From: a virus
Taxonomy: Duplodnaviria; Caudoviricetes
Reading direction: 5' to 3' (one strand)
Length of the DNA: 39,670 nucleotides
Virus record (IMG/VR): IMGVR_UViG_3300006867_000026
Span: 1-39,670 of that record
Shown: in pieces, positions 35,207 to 39,670 of the stretch
Layout: every line of letters begins with the position of its first letter
Numbering within the stretch: position 1 is the stretch's first letter
The notes under the pieces: model-generated
What the model was told of the DNA's origin: nothing
Databases searched by the model: none
Seen by the model: only the letters and a program-made list of their open reading frames with translations
Position numbers and translations under genes: made by a program

Positions 35207-35543
35207 ACCCATTAAAGCCGACCATGTGAAGCAGTGTTTCTAGTAGATGCGCTAGCTTCATGTGTCTGGTTTTGACTACAATAAAAGCCCACTCTACATT
35301 CTTTCCGTTTTCTTTGTGGCGCTTTATCCTTCTAGAAAAGTTCTTCGTCATACCTATGTACCGCTCCTTTGGTAGGTAGTAGATTATAAACTTTCCGTCG
35401 AGCTTTTTCTTTCCGTGTACATCAGCTCGCTTCTTGCAAGGTATGCAATACCTTTGCACACCAGTGCGTCTGCTTCTGTCCTTATGAAAGTGTTCTCTGG
35501 TCTTGTGCTTTTTGCACTTCGCGCATCTAAACTTCTCTGCCAT
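35196..35543 (-). CDS. Zinc-finger plus GIY-YIG-like endonuclease
   Basis: CAKC...CIPC zinc ribbon followed by IIYY..RYIGMTKNFSRRIKRH. Start is either 35543 (MAEKF) or 35561. Confidence 0.65.
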   Translation of the reverse strand: MAEKFRCAKCKKHKTREHFHKDRSRRTGVQRYCIPCKKRADVHGKKKLDGKFIIYYLPKERYIGMTKNFSRRIKRHKENGKNVEWAFIVVKTRHMKLAHLLETLLHMVGFNGFRY

Positions 35544-35754
35544 CTGTTTCGTGATGTTCAATGACGGCAGTCTTAATTAAGTCAAGCTCTATCCTTACCC
35601 TTTGATTCACTCGTTGCAGGATGTAGATGATTTTCTCAGTGTCACACACCGGGTCACCATTGGATTCATGGCACGATTCATAGAGCTCAACGATCTCCTT
35701 GTGAGCATTCTCACAAGCGTCGTGATAGAGTCTAGATAATTCGTGTTTAGTCAT
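35527..35754 (-). CDS. Hypothetical helical protein (75 aa)
   Basis: In series with neighbouring - strand genes; A-rich leader. Confidence 0.6.
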   Translation of the reverse strand: MTKHELSRLYHDACENAHKEIVELYESCHESNGDPVCDTEKIIYILQRVNQRVRIELDLIKTAVIEHHETDGREV

Positions 35755-35810
35755 GGCCGTTTGTTTGTATATAATTTACAGCAAACTACAGACCATTAGC
35801 AACTAATGTA

Positions 35811-36254
35811 TCACACGTTATTAACAATATGTTCTACCACCTGGTCAACCTCCTTCTGGTTTCTGGGTATGTAAACATCATAGTCCCCCATGTCGTTGTT
35901 CTTTAGCCACATGAGAAACATTTTGAAACGCAATGGGAAGCTGTGCTGTGATGGCACAAATCCTTTTGTCTCGATCACGAACTTATGTTTGTGACTCACA
36001 AAGTCTGGGGTGTAAGTGACAGCCCGTATCAACTTGTTTTGTTTCAAGCTGAATCCACGAGCTGCCTTCTTACCATAGAACCCTTCGTGTCTAAAGGATT
36101 CTAGTACCTCGAACCTATGACCTTCATAGTCAAAAGATAAATCACTAGACTTTAGTTTTTTGTAGCAGTACAACTCAAGGCTTGACTGGAACTCTATACC
36201 ATCATGCTTTGATTTCTTATGTCTTACCGCTCCGGTCTTCTTCTTTCTTCTCAT
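35811..36254 (-). CDS. PD-(D/E)xK endonuclease (T7 endonuclease I / DUF1064-like resolvase)
   Basis: FQSSLE, YTPDF and IETKG motifs. Confidence 0.8.
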   Translation of the reverse strand: MRRKKKTGAVRHKKSKHDGIEFQSSLELYCYKKLKSSDLSFDYEGHRFEVLESFRHEGFYGKKAARGFSLKQNKLIRAVTYTPDFVSHKHKFVIETKGFVPSQHSFPLRFKMFLMWLKNNDMGDYDVYIPRNQKEVDQVVEHIVNNV

Positions 36255-38089
36255 ATTACATTAGTCATATCAAACGCGTCCTCAGCTGAGCTCGGTGGAA
36301 TGTAGCTTTCAAACTGCTCACTGATAGGAGTGAAGAACCTCTTGCCTCTATCGTTTGCGCAGTAGAACCCAGTGTTAGTGATGTTCATTTGGAACTCTAT
36401 TGGATCATACAATGGCGTCGGCGTACCACCAGTTTCAACCACACGCACCTTACGAACATGGAACTCAGTGGTCTTTCTTACCATAGGGTCGTGGTGCTGG
36501 ACCTTCCTATGTATTGTGAGGAAGCAGGAGCAGCGGTTGACCCACTTGCCACCGTGCTCACTGTCCTCAGCGTAAGGCGCAACTGGATATCCTTCACCAT
36601 CCTTGCGTCGCTGCGCCTCAGTTACAGCATGAGTGTTTAACCAAATTGCGAGTTCATTGTTGACGCTGTAATTTAAAAGTTCCGATGCAGCTTCGTAGTG
36701 ATACTCATGTATCCCAATCTTAGAGTGCTGCCCCATGTCAATCTTAAGTGAGTTATACGGGTCTATGAATAGTGCATCTATCTTTTGACTCTCTCTAACT
36801 TTATCGGTGAAAGCCAGGATATCGTGGAAAGAATACATGTCTTTGTTACTAAAGAACACGAAGTGTTTGTTTACCCAGTTGTACGCACTAGCCAACTCAC
36901 TGCGAGACATGCGGTCTACCTTTCGGTCGGTAGCGAATTCCATCAGCCTCATCTTCGTGCTGGCAGTAGCATTCTCGGATGAATACACACACCACTTCCA
37001 CCCGTGCTTGATGCTTGAGTTCACCATGAGGTACAACACAAAGGTAGTCTTACCCACATTGCTATGCCCGTTGAGTATAGTAAACTCTCTTTTGTATCTA
37101 AAGTGTTTGTCTAGGGTATCGCTTCCGGTGGTCAACCCCATCTCAATCTTGCCTTGAGCAAAGTCTTCAATCCATTTAAAGTCATCGTCAGTGGGCGCAA
37201 TGAAACTCATGTCGCCACTCTTCACGCGCTGCTTACGTTGCTCAGTTTTTTCAAAGGTTAATACCTCGTGGATAGGCATTCCCTTTCCTTCGTTCAGCGC
37301 GTCTCTAATGGTCCTCTTAGCATGATCGAAATCCTTGATGTCTCTCAATGATATCTCATACTCTAACACCCGGATAGCTTCTTCCTCAATCATCTTACCT
37401 CCGGCAATGTATCCGCCACACAATCGAGCTGCGTTATACAAGGCGTGATGCTTCTCTCCGTCCACCGCATTCCGTATCATAGACGCTGCTATGTTCAGCT
37501 TGTTGTAGTCGGTGTACTCTTGAGGTTTAATAAGCTCCTGCTTAGGCTTAGATTCTTTCTTCTCTTCACTCACATAAGCGGTAAAGGTTTCACTGTCTTC
37601 ATTTAGATACAGCTCACTATCGTAACTTTCGTAGCAGGCTCTCGATACATTCTTGCCGGTAGGGTCAACTACAATATTATAATGATTGTCGAAATAGTTT
37701 TCGATAGCGAAGAAATGTTCTCGGTGTCTGGTGCTGTCATTGATCTTGACCAAGGCCTTCACACCCTTACCGCTAGGCGATAGCCAACACGAGTAAACAT
37801 AAGAGTCCAGGGATAGAGTTTGCTTTACTTCGTTAGGATTGCTGAGGTCATCAATATCAAGTACAATAAATCCGCTATGCTGCTTTAACCCAGCGTCCTT
37901 ACGCTCCTCAAAAACCCCGCTAAACAATACAGCAGGTAATGATATCTTAAGGTCTTTCTCTCCAGTGTCTCGTATCTTCTCGACTATGTCCTTACTCTTT
38001 CCGGACTTGATTCGTTGTAGTGCTGTACCAAGTGGAATGTGAAAGGGATTCTTGGTATCCGTTATTGATTGGTAGATGGTTACTTTCAT
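36251..38089 (-). CDS. Primase-helicase: VirE/BT4734-like N-terminal primase domain plus SF4 (DnaB/Twinkle-like) helicase
   Basis: N-terminal HSGFIVLDIDD, SPSGKGVK and D..GKNVSRACYESYD. C-terminal Walker A GHSNVGKT, SSEN, Walker B LFIDPYN and KVR. Confidence 0.8.
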   Translation of the reverse strand: MKVTIYQSITDTKNPFHIPLGTALQRIKSGKSKDIVEKIRDTGEKDLKISLPAVLFSGVFEERKDAGLKQHSGFIVLDIDDLSNPNEVKQTLSLDSYVYSCWLSPSGKGVKALVKINDSTRHREHFFAIENYFDNHYNIVVDPTGKNVSRACYESYDSELYLNEDSETFTAYVSEEKKESKPKQELIKPQEYTDYNKLNIAASMIRNAVDGEKHHALYNAARLCGGYIAGGKMIEEEAIRVLEYEISLRDIKDFDHAKRTIRDALNEGKGMPIHEVLTFEKTEQRKQRVKSGDMSFIAPTDDDFKWIEDFAQGKIEMGLTTGSDTLDKHFRYKREFTILNGHSNVGKTTFVLYLMVNSSIKHGWKWCVYSSENATASTKMRLMEFATDRKVDRMSRSELASAYNWVNKHFVFFSNKDMYSFHDILAFTDKVRESQKIDALFIDPYNSLKIDMGQHSKIGIHEYHYEAASELLNYSVNNELAIWLNTHAVTEAQRRKDGEGYPVAPYAEDSEHGGKWVNRCSCFLTIHRKVQHHDPMVRKTTEFHVRKVRVVETGGTPTPLYDPIEFQMNITNTGFYCANDRGKRFFTPISEQFESYIPPSSAEDAFDMTNVI

Positions 38090-38306
38090 AGTCGATAAGG
38101 TCGAGTTCTCTTTTAAGGTGTACTATTGCTTTAATGATGTCTTGTTTCATTGGATTGCCTGGTTTCTTCCCGGCCCTCATAAGATAGGTAAGCGCTGTGC
38201 CTACATTGTAATTACTCCTCTGAAAATCCAACACAACATCCATAGCTTCAATAGCCTTATGCTCTCCTATGTAGTAGTGGGGTACGTCTTCTAAATTATA
38301 TTCCAT
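37992..38306 (-). CDS. DUF3310-family protein
   Basis: PHYY...IEAMDV...YNVGTALTYLMRAGKK...DIIKAIVHL. Confidence 0.75.
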   Translation of the reverse strand: MEYNLEDVPHYYIGEHKAIEAMDVVLDFQRSNYNVGTALTYLMRAGKKPGNPMKQDIIKAIVHLKRELDLIDYESNHLPINNGYQESLSHSTWYSTTTNQVRKE

Positions 38307-38634
38307 TTTTGTATTCGATTCGCTCTTTATACTTAATCAGTTTCGCTATCTCCTCAAAGGTCATGGTCTCCCGACCCCAAACATCTTTACCTTCTAGTAA
38401 GATTAGGTTGTCTCCAACTTTGTTTGGTATGATAACTATCTTGTAGTCACTCTCTCCTTTGTTAGGCAAGCACAGTGTTTTGTCTTTGTGTTTAACCACA
38501 TCTATCGTAAACGATATTTCTTTGCCACCTCTCTTGGCTCGGTATGTTGGGGGAACAGAACCAACACGCTCCATTCCCCACGCAAAACATACCATTAGAT
38601 ATAAGGTGTCCTCGATCTTAGAACGGCAGACCAT
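38296..38634 (-). CDS. Hypothetical protein (112 aa)
   Basis: Overlap-coupled to both neighbours in the replication arm. Confidence 0.6.
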   Translation of the reverse strand: MVCRSKIEDTLYLMVCFAWGMERVGSVPPTYRAKRGGKEISFTIDVVKHKDKTLCLPNKGESDYKIVIIPNKVGDNLILLEGKDVWGRETMTFEEIAKLIKYKERIEYKNGI

Positions 38635-38923
38635 CGCTATCCTCTTGGGTCGCTGGCTGCTTATCTTCTTTCTTTCCCCAGGTACTAGGGTCTTTTACGA
38701 TTGCGTAAGGACGCCCAGTCTTGCGAGACATCTTGAGTTCAAAGTAAACTCGCGGTGTCTTTGCATTATGGGTTGCAAACTTCTTCACATCCTCGAGTTC
38801 ATCGAGGGTGAAACTAAACTCTCCGCTTACACCAGTTGTAAACGGCACGAACTTGCTGTCCGTGTCACTCCAGACCTTCATCTCATTGAAGTATCCGGCT
38901 AAAACATTCTCGTTTTGGCTCAT
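38618..38923 (-). CDS. Putative single-stranded DNA-binding protein
   Basis: Small beta-rich body and acidic C-terminal tail EDSDGLPF, like SSB tails. Next to an exonuclease. Confidence 0.55.
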   Translation of the reverse strand: MSQNENVLAGYFNEMKVWSDTDSKFVPFTTGVSGEFSFTLDELEDVKKFATHNAKTPRVYFELKMSRKTGRPYAIVKDPSTWGKKEDKQPATQEDSDGLPF

Positions 38924-38938
38924 GATATAGATATTAAA

Positions 38939-39670
38939 TTAAACATAGAATTCTTTGTAAAAAGTAGTGGCAGGTCGGTCGAGTTGGAAGTGCTCTTTGA
39001 TAGCATCAACAGCTTTCCAAAACTTAAACTCTCCACTACGAAGTGTTTCATCACTTGCGTGTATCAACGCAGGTAAGTAGGGGTACGCTTTCTCCTGCGC
39101 TACCCAAGCAAACTCATTGCCGGGATAAACTGATGTGTAGATGTAGGCTTGAATGTCATAGCCAAAAGAAAACACATCCCGTTTAAAACCTCCGATACTA
39201 CGGGTGCTCTTGCTGTCTATGATAATACCAGGCACTTTACAATCCAAGAACCCTCGAACCGGAATGTCTTCAATCCAAGTATTAAATTCCACCTGGACTT
39301 CACCAGTGAGATGGCTGTCGAGCAGTCCACAATCATCTAATCTTGAGATCATGTCTATAGCCATGATGTAGTCCTCTTCCGACACCACATCCTTGCCCAA
39401 TGCTTTAGCATCGACATACAATTCTTCTTTCCATTCCTTGTACCTTTTCGTAGCACGAGGATTCTTGCCGCCAATCTCAGCGCAAATCTCTTTGTCATCA
39501 AAAGTGTGAAAGCGGTTTTGGTATTCGTTAGGTTCAAACAAGAGCGTATCGTACACGCTCCCAAAGCTCAGCGCTTGAGATTCTTTTCTCAGCTGACCAG
39601 CCATGTACATTTCCCATAGCCTTATGTCATTGAGAGCATGTTTGATACTGCTATAGGAAAGATATCCCTT
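38939..39670 (-). CDS. RecE/DUF3799-like PD-(D/E)xK exonuclease, 5'-truncated by the window edge
   Basis: The frame is open to 39670 (KGYLSYSSIKHALNDIRLWEMYM...). Motifs FGSVYDTLLFEP, RGFLD, IIDSKST and YDIQAYIY. Confidence 0.8.
   Translation of the reverse strand, partial: KGYLSYSSIKHALNDIRLWEMYMAGQLRKESQALSFGSVYDTLLFEPNEYQNRFHTFDDKEICAEIGGKNPRATKRYKEWKEELYVDAKALGKDVVSEEDYIMAIDMISRLDDCGLLDSHLTGEVQVEFNTWIEDIPVRGFLDCKVPGIIIDSKSTRSIGGFKRDVFSFGYDIQAYIYTSVYPGNEFAWVAQEKAYPYLPALIHASDETLRSGEFKFWKAVDAIKEHFQLDRPATTFYKEFYV

Noticed and set aside
1261-39564. Many short alternative-frame and antisense ORFs in the track (e.g. 3880-4320, 14005-14433, 26342-26812, 38459-38902)
   Set aside because: They are nested in long, motif-bearing genes and have no recognisable motifs or leaders, consistent with shadow ORFs.
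1-39670. Stop-codon reassignment as in some crAss-like phages
   Set aside because: Genes are long and tightly packed under the standard code, and TAA, TAG and TGA all end plausible genes.
1-39670. CRISPR array, tRNA, DGR (reverse transcriptase with TR/VR), integrase or invertase-type fibre switching
   Set aside because: No regular repeat-spacer pattern, cloverleaf, RT motif, long near-identical repeat pair or recombinase was seen by eye. A tRNAscan and self-dotplot would be needed to exclude them formally.

Overview
This window is a 39.7-kb segment of a tailed dsDNA phage, most likely a podovirus-like phage of Bacteroidota (Flavobacteria-type). Host evidence: seven intergenic TAnnTTTG (-7 box) promoters and AT-rich leaders with no obvious Shine-Dalgarno sequence. 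The + strand (1-35206) is the virion and lysis arm. It carries two long mosaic tail fibres and a LamG adhesin, small membrane/lysis-like genes, scaffold, major capsid, tail ring/adaptor proteins, a tail stabilisation (muzzle-like) protein, two putative ejection proteins, a 3542-aa giant protein, a holin and a DUF5675-type peptidase. The - strand (35196-39670) is the start of a convergent replication/recombination arm: GIY-YIG, PD-(D/E)xK nucleases, primase-helicase, DUF3310 and an SSB-like protein. The main finding is the giant protein. It sits where crAss-like phages carry a virion RNA polymerase, but it reads as a polyprotein: a zincin-like segment, two paralogous protein-kinase-fold domains, an HhH-glycosylase-like domain and a C-terminal ejection-type domain, each boundary marked by the same [DG][DN]RAR[LI] peptide. 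This suggests a virion-delivered, proteolytically released effector cassette. Other findings: a candidate ~65-nt sRNA antisense to the start codon of the only opposite-strand gene in the virion arm; an uncalled 34-aa ORF resembling the redox CxxC tail of ribonucleotide reductase; and a shared [FY]xxGG motif in small virion-arm proteins. All family assignments come from motif recognition by eye, not database searches.
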